Source of the DNA: Eledone cirrhosa
Lineage: Eukaryota
Assembly: GCA_964016885.1 (NCBI GenBank)
Contig: OZ024750.1
Location: 30,690,099 to 30,754,000, forward strand
Length of the DNA stretch: 63,902 nt
Direction: 5' to 3'
Shown here piece after piece: positions 44,850 to 58,600 of this stretch (the first letter of the stretch is position 1; each line of letters starts with the position of its first letter). The position numbers and the translations under genes were made by a program. Under the pieces are notes generated by a model that was not told where the DNA came from, searched no databases, and worked only from the letters and a program-made list of their open reading frames with translations.

Positions 44850-47080
44850 AACAACAACAACAACAACAGTATCTGAGCACAGAGTTAGGTGAAATATGAT
44901 TATAGCCCTGCTAAATCAAGACAAAAGAACAATGACAACAACAACAACAAAAACAACATCGAATATAATCAGTGTTAGGTGGAATGTGATCATAGCTCAA
45001 CTAAATCAGGACTTATGTGGTGGTCAACAACAACAACAACAACGACAACAACCAATATAATCACAGTGTTAGGTGGAATGTGATCATAGCTCAACTAAAT
45101 CAAGACTTATATGGTGGTCAACAACAACAACAACAACAACAACCAATATAATCACAGTGTTAGGTGGAATGTGATCATAGCTCAACTAAATCAGGACTTA
45201 TGTGGTGGTCAACAACAACAACAACAACAACAACCAATATAATCACAGTGTTAGGTGGAATGTGATCATAGCTCAACTAAATCAAGACTTATATGGTGGT
45301 CAACAACAACAACAACAACAACAACCAATATAATCACAGTGTTAGGTGGAATGTGATCATAGCTCAACTAAATCAAGACTTATATGGTGGTCAACAACAA
45401 CAACGACAACAACCAATATAATCACAGTGTTAGGTGGAATGTGATCATAGCTCAACTAAATCAGGACTTATGTGGTGGTCAACAACAACAACAACAACAA
45501 CAACCAATATAATCAGTGTTAGGTGGAATGTGATCATAGCTCAACTAAATCAAGACTTATATGGTGGTCAACAACAACAACAACAACAACAACCAATATA
45601 ATCACAGTGTTAGGTGGAATGTGATCATAGCTCAACTAAATCAAGACTTATATGGTGGTCAACAACAACAACAACGACAACAACCAATATAATCACAGTG
45701 TTAGGTGGAATGTGATCATAGCTCAACTAAATCAAGACTTATGTGGTGGTCAACAACAACAACAACAACCAATATAATCAGTGTTAGGTGGAATGTGATC
45801 ATAGCTCAACTAAATCAGGACTTATGTGGTGGTCAACAACAACAACAACAATAACCAATATAATCACAGTGTTAGGTGGAATGTGATCATAGCTCAACTA
45901 AATCAAGACTTATATGGTGGTCAACAACAACAACAACAACGACAACAACCAATATAATCACAGTGTTAGGTGGAATGTGATCATAGCTCAACTAAATCTG
46001 GACTTATGTGGTGGTCAACAACAACAACAACAACAACAACCAATATAATCACAGTGTTAGGTGGAATGTGATCATAGCTCAACTAAATCAAGACTTATAT
46101 GGTGGTCAACAACAACAACAACAACAACAACCAATATAATCACAGTGTTAGGTGGAATGTGATCATAGCTCAACTAAATCAAGACTTATATGGTGGTCAA
46201 CAACAACAACAACGACAACAACCAATATAATCACAGTGTTAGGTGGAATGTGATCATAGCTCAACTAAATCAGGACTTATGTGGTGGTCAACAACAACAA
46301 CAACAACAACAACCAATATAATCACAGTGTTAGGTGGAATGTGATCATAGCTCAACTAAATCAAGACTTATATGGTGGTCAACAACAACAACAACAACAA
46401 CAACCAATATAATCACAGTGTTAGGTGGAATGTGATCATAGCTCAACTAAATCAAGACTTATATGGTGGTCAACAACAACAACAACGACAACAACCAATA
46501 TAATCACAGTGTTAGGTGGAATGTGATCATAGCTCAACTAAATCAAGACTTATGTGGTGGTCAACAACAACAACAACAACCAATATAATCAGTGTTAGGT
46601 GGAATGTGATCATAGCTCAACTAAATCAGGACTTATGTGGTGGTCAACAACAACAACAACAATAACCAATATAATCACAGTGTTAGGTGGAATGTGATCA
46701 TAGCTCAACTAAATCAAGACTTATATGGTGGTCAACAACAACAACAACAACGACAACAACCAATATAATCACAGTGTTAGGTGGAATGTGATCATAGCTC
46801 AACTAAATCTGGACTTATGTGGTGCTAAACAACAACAACAAGAAAAACAACAATCAAAATGATCAGAGAGTTAGGTGGAATATGATCATAGTTCTATTAA
46901 ACCAGGACTTATGTGGTGCTAAACAACAACAACAAGAAAAACAACAATCAAAATAATCAGAGAGTTAGGTGGAATATGATCATAGTTCTATTAAACCAGG
47001 ACTTATGTGGTGCTAAACAAGAAGAAGAAGAAAAACAACAACTAATATGATCAGAGAGTTAGGTGGAACGTGATCATGGT
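44850..47080 (+). repeat. ~90-bp satellite (65-bp core + (CAA)n), ~23 copies, 811-bp higher-order repeat
   Basis: AATATAATCACAGTGTTAGGTGGAATGTGATCATAGCTCAACTAAATC...GGTGGT(CAA)n. Confidence 0.95.
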
Positions 47081-47656
47081 TGTGGTCTTTGTTGGAAAGA
47101 AGAGGTCGATCTAGTAGTGTGGCTTTCATTTCACTTTCATCTTTTTGCTCTGATCTTCTAATTAACGTTTCTATCTTCGAGGAAAGCAGGAACATTTTAA
47201 ATTGCTACTTACCATCTTAGATCTTAGAACTTTCTAGAATCTCTGTTATTTTAATGTTTAGATAAGTTTGACAAACTAACACTAACATCAATCTTTGTTG
47301 GTTTCAATGATGAATAGTTAATTGCTAAATCCACTGAACCACTGACTCGTTGAATTTATGTGTAAGTGGCTGAGTATTCTACTGACATGTGTGCCTTTAA
47401 TATAACCCCTCAGGAAGAATTAGTGTGAGAGTGAGTGACAGTTACGATTAGGATTATAAATAATTCAGTGGGAAGATGCAGTTAAAGTATAACATATGAG
47501 CAGGCAATGGAAAATACTTTACAGGCAAGAGATGTGAGGACAAGTGGGTGGTCAGTTGACTTGTTCCCTTAAGTGAATTTAAATAAGGTGTCTCACTATA
47601 TTTTCTCATGTAGTCTCACTCATGTAATACACATCAGATATCGATAATAATAATAA

Positions 47657-48080
47657 TTGTTTCTACTTTAGGCACAAGGCCAGCAATTTGAAGGGGAGGG
47701 GAAAGTTGATTAAATCAACCCTAGTGCATTACTGGTACTTTATTTTATTGACGACGCAAGCATGAAAGGCAAAGCTAACCTCAGCGCGATTTCAATTCAG
47801 AATGTAAAAAGCTATACTGCCAATTACCACCCTTATAATAATTGTTTCTACTTTAGGCACAAGGCCAGTACCACCCTTATAATAATAATAATTGTTTCTA
47901 CTTTTGGCACAAGGCCAGAAATTATCCCAGTGCATTACTGGTACTTTATTTGATCGACTCCATAGGGATGAAAGGCAAAGTTAACCTCGGCTGGATTTGA
48001 ACTGAAACCACAAAGGGCCATAACTCTTTGTTGCAAAGCATGGCGTCCGATCCTCTACCAATTCTGCCAATCCACCGCCC
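47657..48080 (-). mobile_element. Tandem S1 SINE copies
   Basis: S1 core twice plus a tail fragment, (AAT)n tails. Confidence 0.8.
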
Positions 48081-48103
48081 AAAAGAGATAATAATAATAA
48101 AAA

Positions 48104-48480
48104 CTATACTTTTGAGATACTACTACTACTAATTTTCATTCCAGCTGTGCAGCACTCAGCATCAAACTTATTCAGTGCATGTCGGAGATCCCCTTCTGAC
48201 AAGTTAAGTAGTATGATGTCATCTGAAAATTCCAGCTGACTGATTCTACACCTGCCAGTCATGATATCACTTTCAATCCGGCTGTGTATATTAATCTTGT
48301 TCATGAAGATTATGAACTGGAGAGGTGATAGTACCCACACTAGGCAGAGTCTGGCACCAACATTGAATAGTTTCGATTTAGCACCATTTATCTACTATTT
48401 GAATACTAGGGCATCCATAGAGAGACATCATGTCAGCAAGAAGCTGTCCATCGATCCAACACTCCTACACAACCTACATT
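48104..48480 (-). pseudogene. Decayed RTE-like RT fragment
   Basis: VLSPLQFIIFM...LEFSDDIILL...GMKIS. Confidence 0.65.
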
Positions 48481-48961
48481 TAATTGTGATGCGAGGTGCA
48501 GTATGATACATTATCAATTTGATGTACAGCTTGCATGTGAAATGAGAAGTTGGACATTCCTAGTCAAAGACAACGCCCGAATTAACATCTGTTTATATTT
48601 ACAATTGAAATACGATATCTTAAATCATAGTATTTGTTTATTTTTGAATGGTGTGTAGTTTGCTTTTGTACTAGTTACTTGTAAGACGTAAAAAAAAAAA
48701 AAAAAAGGAGAAAGTAGGACAATCAGAGACAAAGAAATACTAGAATAAGTTCAAGAGAGACAATGGAAAGTATTTAGATAATTTAGTTATGGTACTGAAT
48801 TGAAATATATCTCTTAAATGGAGAAAGATGATAAAATTTAGTAGCAAATATTAGTGAATGTCGATGGAAAGGGAAAATAATCCAATTATGGCTAGTGCTA
48901 CCTGCTTACCTTTCCCTCCCAGTGCATCTGTGTTTGTTTTTATTTCCATAGGTCTAATTGA

Positions 48962-49621
48962 CAGGGTTGAATTAGACTTTGGAGGCCCAGGGCACTTCAG
49001 GTTTGTGGGGGGCCCTCATACAAAAAAATCAGAATACACAACAAACACCCCCAATTTTACATATCAAATTTGGCTTGCTGCAAGTAATTGGAATTGAAAA
49101 GTTATACATACAGGTATTAAATTAAAAAATTCTAACTATACTAAAACTAAAAAGCCCAGCTGAGGGCACAAATAAATTGCTATGACGATTGCTGTGAGTT
49201 CAATTCTCAGACCGGGTGATGTGTTGTTTCCTTGAGCAAGACACTTTATTTCACATTACTCCAGTTTACTCAGCTGTAGAAATGAGATGATAGGACTGGG
49301 GTCCCTAACATTCCACTGCAAAGTGGTCGTGGAGGTGCCACAGCAAAAAAAAAAAGCACCCAGCCCACACTGTAAAGTGGTCATGTAGGCACCACAGAAA
49401 AAAAGCACCCAGTACTCACTGTAAATGAGGTTGGTGTTAGGAAGGGCATCCAGCTGTAGAAATAAAGCCAGAATCAGCTCCCGTCCCACCCTTGCAAGCA
49501 GGGAAAAGCGGACGTAAAATGATGATGTGATGATGATGATGATGATGATTGCTGGTGGGGCACCCCACTGCAGGGGGCCTGGGGCAATTTCCCCCTTTGT
49601 CCCACATTAAATCTGGCCTTG
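48962..49621. mobile_element. Decayed hAT-like MITE with nested SINE
   Basis: Ends CAGGGTTGAATTA / TAAATCTGGCCTTG; 8-bp flanks CTAATTGA vs CCAACTGA (6/8). Confidence 0.55.
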
Positions 49622-49985
49622 CCAACTGATCCTCTTTGTAACATGATATGGACCCCAGTCCCTATCATTCCACTGCAAAGTGGTCGTGCAGGTGCCACGG
49701 CAAAAAAGCACCCAGCACTCACTGTAAATGAGGTTGGTGTTAGGAAGGGCATCCAGCTGTAGAAATCAAGCCAGAATCAGTTCCCGTCCCACCCTTGCAA
49801 GCAGGGAAAAAGCGGACGTAAAATGAAATGATGATGATGATATATTGTGAGTTCAATTCTCGGACCAGGTGATGTTTTGAGTCCTTGAGCAAGACACTTT
49901 ATTTTCACGTTGCTCCAGTTTACTCAGCTGTAGAAATGAATTGTGACGTCATTGGTGCCAAGCTGTATCAGCCATAGCCTTTCCC
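49190..49985 (+). mobile_element. Cluster of CORE-like SINEs with RTE-type (GAT)n tails
   Basis: TTGAGCAAGACACTTT core; AGGAAGGGCATCCAGCTGTAGAAA...GGACGTAAAATGATGAT twice; reverse copy at ~51650-51992. Confidence 0.75.
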
Positions 49986-50039
49986 TGGTCACCTGGGATT
50001 GATTATGCTTTCCTCTTAGAAAAATATCATAAGAGGGCT

Positions 50040-50748
50040 AGGAATTTTTTACCTACATTAGTTTTCACATTCAGTGAGAAAGGTGCTGCAAACCACATGA
50101 CATCTTTATGTCTAGATGTAGGGCACTGATCTGCAGAGTACATGATTTTTTTAGGAGAGGCCACTGTTACTTAATGCTGAATTATAGTAGGATGACTATC
50201 AAAGGTGGCTCTGCTGGAAGAGAGGTTGGAAACCCTCTTACTAATGTTGTTAATGAGTCCTTATGGATGTACTGGAGTTTCTCACTGGGTTTGTGGTATG
50301 GTCTATATGTGCATGTCTGTAGGTTTAAGTTAATGTCTAAGAAGTTAACATTGGTGAGGTTGGTTACTATCGTAATTTTTAAACCTAGGGAGCGATTAAG
50401 TTTTCCTAAAGATGTCCAGGTCATGGCCACTTTTATGGCTGGATAGTGCCCGACCGTCATCAAGATATAGCCCTGTATGGAAATCAGAGAATTTATTCTG
50501 TATAGTGTCTAGAATAAATAGGCTCACCAGATCACATATATTGGTGCTGTCAAATGATCCCATTGGTACATCAAATAGGTCATTGGTAGTAGATTTTTTT
50601 TATCCATGGGTTGCCATTGCTAAAGAAGAGGGTTTCCCTGCAGTAGGATATGACTAATCAGTCCAAACCATCTATGTTAGTGAATTTAGTAGCGAAATCA
50701 AGGGCCTTATCAAGTAGGATATTGAGGGGTAAAAGTCCATAATGTCAT
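50040..50748 (-). pseudogene. Decayed Penelope-like element RT
   Basis: DIMDFYPSI, LLDKALDFA, FDVPMGSFD, GLYLDDG, GLKITI...VNFLDINLNL...YRPYHKP across frameshifts. Confidence 0.8.
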
Positions 50749-50869
50749 ATATATATATATATATATATGTCAGATGTACACAATGTAAATGTTGGGAACA
50801 CAAGAGATGCATTAGTATAGTGTAGCAGTATAGTATAGATTAACAGAAAAGTTAAACTTTGTAAGTGGC

Positions 50870-51560
50870 AGATGCTCAACTATTGTTAGTAGTAAAAGCA
50901 TAAAAGCACAAGTAAAATAAACTTTTTCCAGTCCCAAGAAGGCTCCATAGAAGTAGTTGTTAGCTTTTGTTACCAAGTTGATAAAATTAGTGGGGGAGGA
51001 GGAGGCTACACCACGTGCATAATAGCTAAAGTAAGAACAGAATAGAAAAAGTTCAGGGAACTACTACCTTTGTTGACAACAAAAGGTGTCTCTCTATGAA
51101 AGAAAAGAAAGTTGTATAGTGCTTGTATATGAAGTGTGATGTTGTATGGTAGTGAGACATGGGCAGTAAATATGGAAGATATGCGATGGCTGGATAGAAA
51201 TGATGCAAGAATGCTTCAATGGATTTGCAATGTTAATATACATGAAAGGCAAAGTATAGAAGAGCTGTTGGATATGAGAGGAATCAGTAGTGTGCAAGAG
51301 AGAAGACTGTGCTGGTATGGACATGTGAGGTGTATGGATAATGTGCGTTGGGTGAAGAAGTTCTATGAAATCCCATGGGAAGGAAGCCATTGTAGAGCAA
51401 GGCTAAGGAAGACCTGGACAGAAGTTGTCAGAGGTGATCTCAAATTACTGAATCTCACAGAGGAGATGGTGAAGGACTAAACAATTGGAGTGATACTGTG
51501 CTCTAAAGGACCTGCCCAACCCATGCAAGTGTGGAAAAGCAGATATAAAATGGTGATGAT
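50870..51560 (+). pseudogene. Decayed RTE LINE 3' end
   Basis: MLYGSETWAV...RRLCWYGHV...RKTW, then CCCATGCAAG...GGAAAAG...GATGAT tail. Confidence 0.8.
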
Positions 51561-51649
51561 ATGTGTGTGTGTGTACACACACATATATATGGGTTAGATG
51601 GGTTGTTCTGTTGTGGGCAGTGTCCAGTCGGCTGACCTTGTCTTGCTCA

Positions 51650-51992
51650 TACGGGAACTGATTCTGGCTTGATTTCTACAGCTGCATGTCCTTCCTAACA
51701 CCAACCTCATTTACAGTGAGTGCTGGGTGCTTTTTATCGTGGCACCAACACGTCCACTTTACAGTGTGGGCTGGGTGCTTTTTTTTTTTTTTTTTTTTTG
51801 CCGTGGCACCTCCATGACCACTTTGCAGTGGAATGATAGGGACCCCAGTCCTTTCATCCCATTTCTACAGCTGAGTAAACTGGAGCAATGTGAAATAAAG
51901 TGTCAACGAAACAACACATCACTCGGTCCAAGAATTGAACTTACAACCTTTCGATTGCAAGCCCAATGCTCTAACCACTAAGCCATGTGCCT
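51650..51992 (-). mobile_element. CORE-like SINE
   Basis: Reverse complement of the element at 49190-49545. Confidence 0.75.
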
Positions 51993-52902
51993 CTATAAAC
52001 TTCTTCAACTTTGTTCTGTCCTTCACTATCACACTTTCAGAACATTCTCTCCAACAGTTGATTTGGTCCCCAAGGTAACAAAAGCTGTCACCCACTTCTA
52101 AGGATCATCCCAGGCAACTGAGTGTATTTATTTTACATGTGTTCTTAGTGCTTGCTTGTCTTGTGCATCTACTGCATGCAAAGTCTATCTTTTCTGTTAA
52201 TCTGTTTGTAATCCCACTAAATTTCTTGTGTGCTTAATGACTACACTGTATGTGCAACTTATGGAATTTCTGCCAACCCTTTCTAAAATATTGAACAAGG
52301 CCACTTTCCTGACGGTGTCAGCTCCTTGGCTCCTTTCCTATTTATTAAGACTTCCATCTTTGTTAAGTTTACTTTTAGGCCTTTTAAATCTAGGGTTTTC
52401 TTCCATGCTTGAAATTTGGCCTTTTACTCTGCCATAGATTCAGCTATGATGAGGACTAGGTCTTCAACAAACAAGAGTGCCAACATGGAGTGCCAATTTT
52501 AAACTCCTCAGTGATGGCCTGAAGGGCAATAACAAATGGAAGTGGACTGGAAACTGAGTTTTAGGCCACCCTCACATACCCTTCAGATTCACTACTGTAC
52601 TCATCAACCACTCTCACCTTTCTGGTTGCACTTTTATATGACTTCGAAGGTCCTCACAAGCTATTCATCAATGATGAAAGTAGGTCAGTGCACTAAAAAG
52701 TGTCAGGTTATTCAATCTCTGGTCAATAGTTTCAGTCTTAAAGGGTTATAAAGCAGTTGATTAATCAATTTTTTAAATCTTTTTATTTTTTATCTGATAA
52801 CTCCCAGCTGGTGGCGATGGTCGTTCTACCCCTATCACTATATATATATATACAGAGAGATAGAGAGGTAAAATCTTGATTGCAATGCCAAGAGATCTTT
52901 GC

Positions 52903-52941
<39 letters not shown>

Positions 52942-54524
52942 TTATTTCTATCTCTCACTCCCTTTCTCCCTCTTTTTTCTTATTTCTTCCTTTCTTTCTC
53001 TTTCTCCAGTCCCACTTCCTTTTTCTGTCAGTCTCTCTTCATTTGAGCCCTACCTATATTTCTCTCCTCATGTCTAGCTGTAAATATTTTCCATTCAATG
53101 TAGTCTCTCACTGCACAAATATAACTGTTATATTTACATTTGAAAGAATCTCCCAATTATGTACACTTTGCTTTGCTTTGTAACAGCATGATATATGTGA
53201 TTGATATATGATATATATCTGCGCATGAATTTACAATGAATATAAATGTACAAGGTATTTTTAGCCCACAACCTTTAAAAGAACTACTGTCCAGTTTTTT
53301 TTATCTATTTGTTGCCTTTGCTCTCAATAAAACAGCTTGACTATGGCTTTTGACATGTTTTATACATATCGACTTAAAATGAACAGCAGAAATAATCATA
53401 AAATCCGTCTTAAATTAAATGTATTTGTTTTCTAATCAATATTTATATAACTAAATGTTGTTCAAGCATAATCTATGACAACGCCCAGGGTAACATCTGT
53501 TTATATTTACAATTCAAATACGATATCTTAAATCATAGTATTTGTTTATTTTTGAATGGTTCGTAGTTTGCTTTTGTACTGGTAACTAGTAAGACATAAA
53601 AAGAAAGAGAATGTAGGACAATCTGAGAAAAAGAAATATTAGAATTAGTTCAAAGAGTACAATAATAAGGGAAATAACTCAAGAAAGACAATGGAAATAA
53701 TTTAGATGAGTTAGTTATGGTGATTTATTTTCAGGTCTCTTCAATAATCGTCCAATCCACCACCACCCTGCTTATTTGCTTTTCAGATTTTTTCGGATTG
53801 GATAATAGAAAATACCAGTCAAGAGAAGTGGATTAGCAGAGTTGTTAGAGAAATAAATGAAATGATTTGTATTGTTCTAGTTTTGAGTTCAAACCTTGTT
53901 GTAGCATACTTAGTTAGTAGAGTTAACCAGTTACCTGGTTTAACATCACTACATTGCCCTTGGGTGACATCTGTACAATTCAGTTTGTTGCAAGTATTCA
54001 AACATGGTCTCTGGTTTGAAGTTATAGCCTCCTCGAATAGTCCCAAAAGTCTTGAAAAGTACCCTGATTGAATGTTGTACACGTTTTGCGAGTCACTGCT
54101 TCCATGCAAAACATGAGAGGGTTTCAGACCCCTGTTGTGGTAGATCTCCTCTATCAGAAAGCTCAGATACCAGGATACCTTAACAAGAGATACTGGAATT
54201 GATAAAGATGACTGACAAATTTTGATGGGAAACAGAGACTGTGTGAAGTTGTGCTTGCTGTCTTGCATAAGGGCAATAGATAACAAAATATTAAAAACAA
54301 TGGACTTTCCTCTTAACCTCCTCCTTTATGTCTAAACAGTAAAAAGGTCATTATATTTGTGGTAGACGCAAACAACAAATTATCTTTGGAATAGAATTGT
54401 AATGTTTTGGTGAGGAAACCTTTCACAATCAGTGAGATTATTATATTTTGGATCTGGTCCTAACAGCTGCACACAATGTGAGAACATCTGGGTCCTGAGA
54501 TTTTCTACAAGTTCTACAATAGAT

Positions 54525-57500
54525 CAAGGATGAAGAATGTCCTGGCCATGAAGTGTATAAATTCCTCAATAGACCTAGCTGAAGAAAGTCCTGGCCATGA
54601 AGTGTACAAGGTTCACAATAGACCTAGCTGAAGAAAGTCCTGGCCATGAAGTGTACAAGGTTCACAATAGATCTAGCTGAAGAAAGTCCTGGCCATGAAG
54701 TCTACAAGGTTCACAATAGACCTAGCTGAAGAAAGTCCTGGCCATGAAGTATACAAGGTTCACAATAGACTTAGCTGAAGAAAGTCCTGGCCATGAAGTG
54801 TACAAGGTTCACAATAGACCTAGCTGAAGAAAGTCCTGGCCATGAAGTGAACAAGGTTCACAATACACCTAGCTGAAGAAAGTCCTGGCCATGAAGTATA
54901 CAAGGTTCACAATAGACCTAGCTGAAGAAAGTGCTGGCCATGAAGTCTACAAGGTTCACAATAGACCTAGCTGAAGAAAGTCCTGGCCATGAAGTCTACA
55001 AGGTTCACAATAGACCTAGCTGAAGAAAGTCCTAGCCATGAAGTCTACAAGGTTCACAATAGACCTAGCTGGAGAAAGTCCTGGCCATGAAGTATACAAG
55101 GTTCACAATAGACCTAGCTGAAGAAAGTCCTGGCCATGAAGTCTACAAGGTTCACAATAGACCTAGCTGAAGAAAGTCCTGGCCATGAAGTGTACAAGGT
55201 TCACAACAGACCAAACTGAAGAAAGTCCTGGACATGAAGTGTACAAGGTTCACAATAGACCTAGCTGAAGAAAGTCCTGGCCATGAAGTGTACAAGGTTC
55301 ACAATAGACCTAGCTGAAGAAAGTCCTGGCCATGAAGTCTACAAGGTTCACAATAGACCTAGCTGAAGAAAGTCCTGGCCATGAAGTCTACAAGGTTCAC
55401 AATAGACCTAGCTGAAGAAAGTCATGGCCATGAAGTGTACAAGGTTCACAATAGACCTAGCTGAAGAAAGTCCTGGCCATGAAGTCTACAAGGTTCACAA
55501 TAGACCTAGCTGAAGAAAGTCCTGGCCATGAAGTCTACAAGGTTCACAATAGACCTAGCTGAAGAAAGTCCTGGCCATGAAGTCTACAAGGTTCACAATA
55601 GACCTAGCTGAAGAAAGTCCTGGCCATGATGTATACAAGGTTCACAATAGACCTAGCTGAAGAAAGTCCTGGCCATGAAGTGTACAAGGTTCACAATAGA
55701 CCTAGCTGAAGAAAGTCCTGGCCATGAAGTCTACAAGGTTCACAATAGACCTAGCTGAAGAAAGTCCTGGCCATGAAGTCTACAAGGTTCACAATAGACC
55801 TAGCTGTAGAAAGTCCTGGCCATGAAGTATACAAGGTTCACAATAGACCTAGCTGAAGAAAGTCCTGGCCATGAAGTATACAAGGTTCACAATAGACCTA
55901 GCTGGAGAAAGTCCTGGCCATGAAGTGTACAAGGTTCACAATAGACCTAGCTGAAGAAAGTCCTGGCCATGAAGTGTACAAGGTTCACAATAGACCTAGC
56001 TGAAGAAAGTCCTGGCCATGAAGTGTACAAGGTTCACAATAGACCTAGCTGAAGAAAGTCCTGGCCATGAAGTATACAAGGTTCACAATAGACCTAGCTG
56101 AAGAAAGTCCTGGCCATGAAGTATACAAGGTTCACAATAGACCTAGCTGAAGAAAGTCCTGGCCATGAAGTATACAAGGTTCACAATAGACCTAGCTGAA
56201 GAAAGTCCTGGCCATGAAGTCTACAAGGTTCACAACAGATTAGAGATGAAGAAAGTCCTGGCCATGAAGTCTACAAGGTTCACAACAGATTAGAGATGAA
56301 GAAAGTCCTGGCCATGAAGTCTACAAGGTTCACAACAGACCAAACTGAAGAAAGTCCTGGCCATGAAGTCTACAAGGTTCACAATAGACCTAGCTGAAGA
56401 AAGTCCTAGCCATGAAGTCTACAAGGTTCACAATAGACCTAGCTGAAGAAAGTCCTGGCCATGAAGTATACAAGGTTCACAATAGACCTAGCTGAAGAAA
56501 GTCCTGGCCATGAAGTGTACAAGGTTCACAACAGACCAAACTGAAGAAAGTCCTGGACATGAAGTGTACAAGGTTCACAATAGACCTAGCTGAAGAAAGT
56601 CCTGGCCACGAAGTGTACAAGGTTCACAATAGACCTAGCTGAAGAAAGTCCTGGCCATGAAGTCTACAAGGTTCCCAATAGACCTAGCTGAAGAAAGTCC
56701 TGGCCATGAAGTCTACAAGGTTCACAATAGACCTAGCTGAAGAAAGTCCTGGCCAGGAAGTGTACAAGGTTCACAATAGACCTAGCTGAAGAAAGTCCTG
56801 GCCATGAAGTGTACAAGGTTCACAATAGACCTAGCTGAAGAAAGTCCTGGCCATGAAGTCTACAAGGTTCACAATAGACCTAGCTGAAGAAAGTCCTGGC
56901 CATGATGTATACAAGGTTCACAATAGACCTAGCTGAAGAAAGTCCTGGCCATGAAGTGTACAAGGTTCACAATAGACCTAGCTGAAGAAAGTCCTGGCCA
57001 TGAAGTGTACAAGGTTCACAATAGACCTAGCTGAAGAAAGTCCTGGCCATGAAGTCTACAAGGTTCACAATAGACCTAGCTGAAGAAAGACCTGGCCGTG
57101 AAGTGTACAAGGTTCACAATAGACCTAGCTGAAGAAAGTCCTGGCCATGAAGTCTACAAGGTTCACAATAGACCTAGCTGAAGAAAGTCCTGTCCATGAA
57201 GTCAACAAGGTTCACAATAGACCTAGCTGAAGAAAGTCCTGGCCATGAAGTCTACAAGGTTCACAACAAACCTAGATGAAGAAAGTCCTGGCCATGATGT
57301 ATACAAGGTTCACAATAGACCTAGCTGAAGAAAGTCCTGGCCATGAAGTGTACAAGGTTCACAATAGACCTAGCTGAAGAAAGTCCTGGCCATGAAGTCT
57401 ACAAGGTTCACAATAGACCTAGCTGAAGAAAGTCCTGGCCATGAAGTCTACAAGGTTCACAATAGACCTAGCTGAAGAAAGTCCTGGCCATGAAGTCTAC

Positions 57501-57988
57501 AAGGTTCACAATAGACCTAGCTGAAGAAAGTCCTGGCCATGAAGTATACAAGGTTCACAATAGACCTAGCTGAAGAAAGTCCTGGCCATGAAGTATACAA
57601 GGTTCACAATAGACCTAGCTGGAGAAAGTCCTGGCCATGAAGTGTACAAGGTTCACAATAGACCTAGCTGAAGAAAGTCCTGGCCATGAAGTGTACAAGG
57701 TTCACAATAGACCTAGCTGAAGAAAGTCCTGGCCATGAAGTGTACAAGGTTCACAATAGACCTAGCTGAAGAAAGTCCTGGCCATGAAGTCTACAAGGTT
57801 CACAATAGACCTAGCTGAAGGAAGTCCTGGCCATGAAGTATACAAGGTCACAATAGACCTAGCTGAAGAAAGTCCTGGCCATGAAGTCTACAAGGTTCAC
57901 AACAGATTAGAGATGAAGAAAGTCCTGGCCATGAAGTCTACAAGGTTCACAACAGACCAAACTGAAGAAAGTCCTGGCCATGAAGTGC
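54525..57988. repeat. 49-bp satellite, ~70 copies
   Basis: Unit GACCTAGCTGAAGAAAGTCCTGGCCATGAAGTVTACAAGGTTCACAATA. Confidence 0.97.
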
Positions 57989-58459
57989 TGTTGTAAATAT
58001 AAGAGCATCAGTGATTGTAAAGCATTGCATTTTAGCAACTTTGAAAGATTTAATGTTATACTGTCTTTGAAATAATATTATTTCAAAACTGGACATACCA
58101 TTACTCACCGTCTCTTTGAGAATAGAGTAAAGTGATTTGAAAAAATGTTATTTCAATACTGGACATCATCTCACCATCTTGCCTATGGCCACCTTCTAGT
58201 TCTTCTCCACTACCTTGTTGTTCACTCTGTTGTCTCTGAGACAAGAGACATGGCCAGCCCATCTATATTTGCCCTTCTTGATGGTCTTGATTATGTCGTT
58301 CACTCAAGTCTGCTGTCAAATACAGGTGTTACTTGTCCTGTCATGTTGGGCCACTGCAAGAGTCTCTGCAGTGCTGTCATCACCAGTAGAACATATTTAT
58401 TAATATAAATTGTGTTTATTTGTATATATAATTATGTACAATGATGGCACCAGTATCAT

Positions 58460-58600
58460 CACAACTCATTTCTACAGCAGAGTGAACTGGAGTAATATGA
58501 AATAAAGTGTCTTACTCAAGAACACAACACATCACCGAGTCTGGGAATCGAACTAACAACCCCCTGACTGTGATTTGGACACTCTAGCCATTAATCCACA
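58460..58600 (-). mobile_element. CORE-like SINE fragment
   Basis: GAAATAAAGTGTCTTACTCAAGAAC...GGAATCGAACT. Confidence 0.65.

Noticed and set aside
44960-46860. CRISPR-like repeat/spacer appearance
   Set aside because: Spacers are just (CAA)n, no cas genes, eukaryotic context
54525-57988. CTGAAGA in each 49-bp unit suggesting a hammerhead satellite
   Set aside because: No stem II followed by GAAA, and no pairing stem III or stem I
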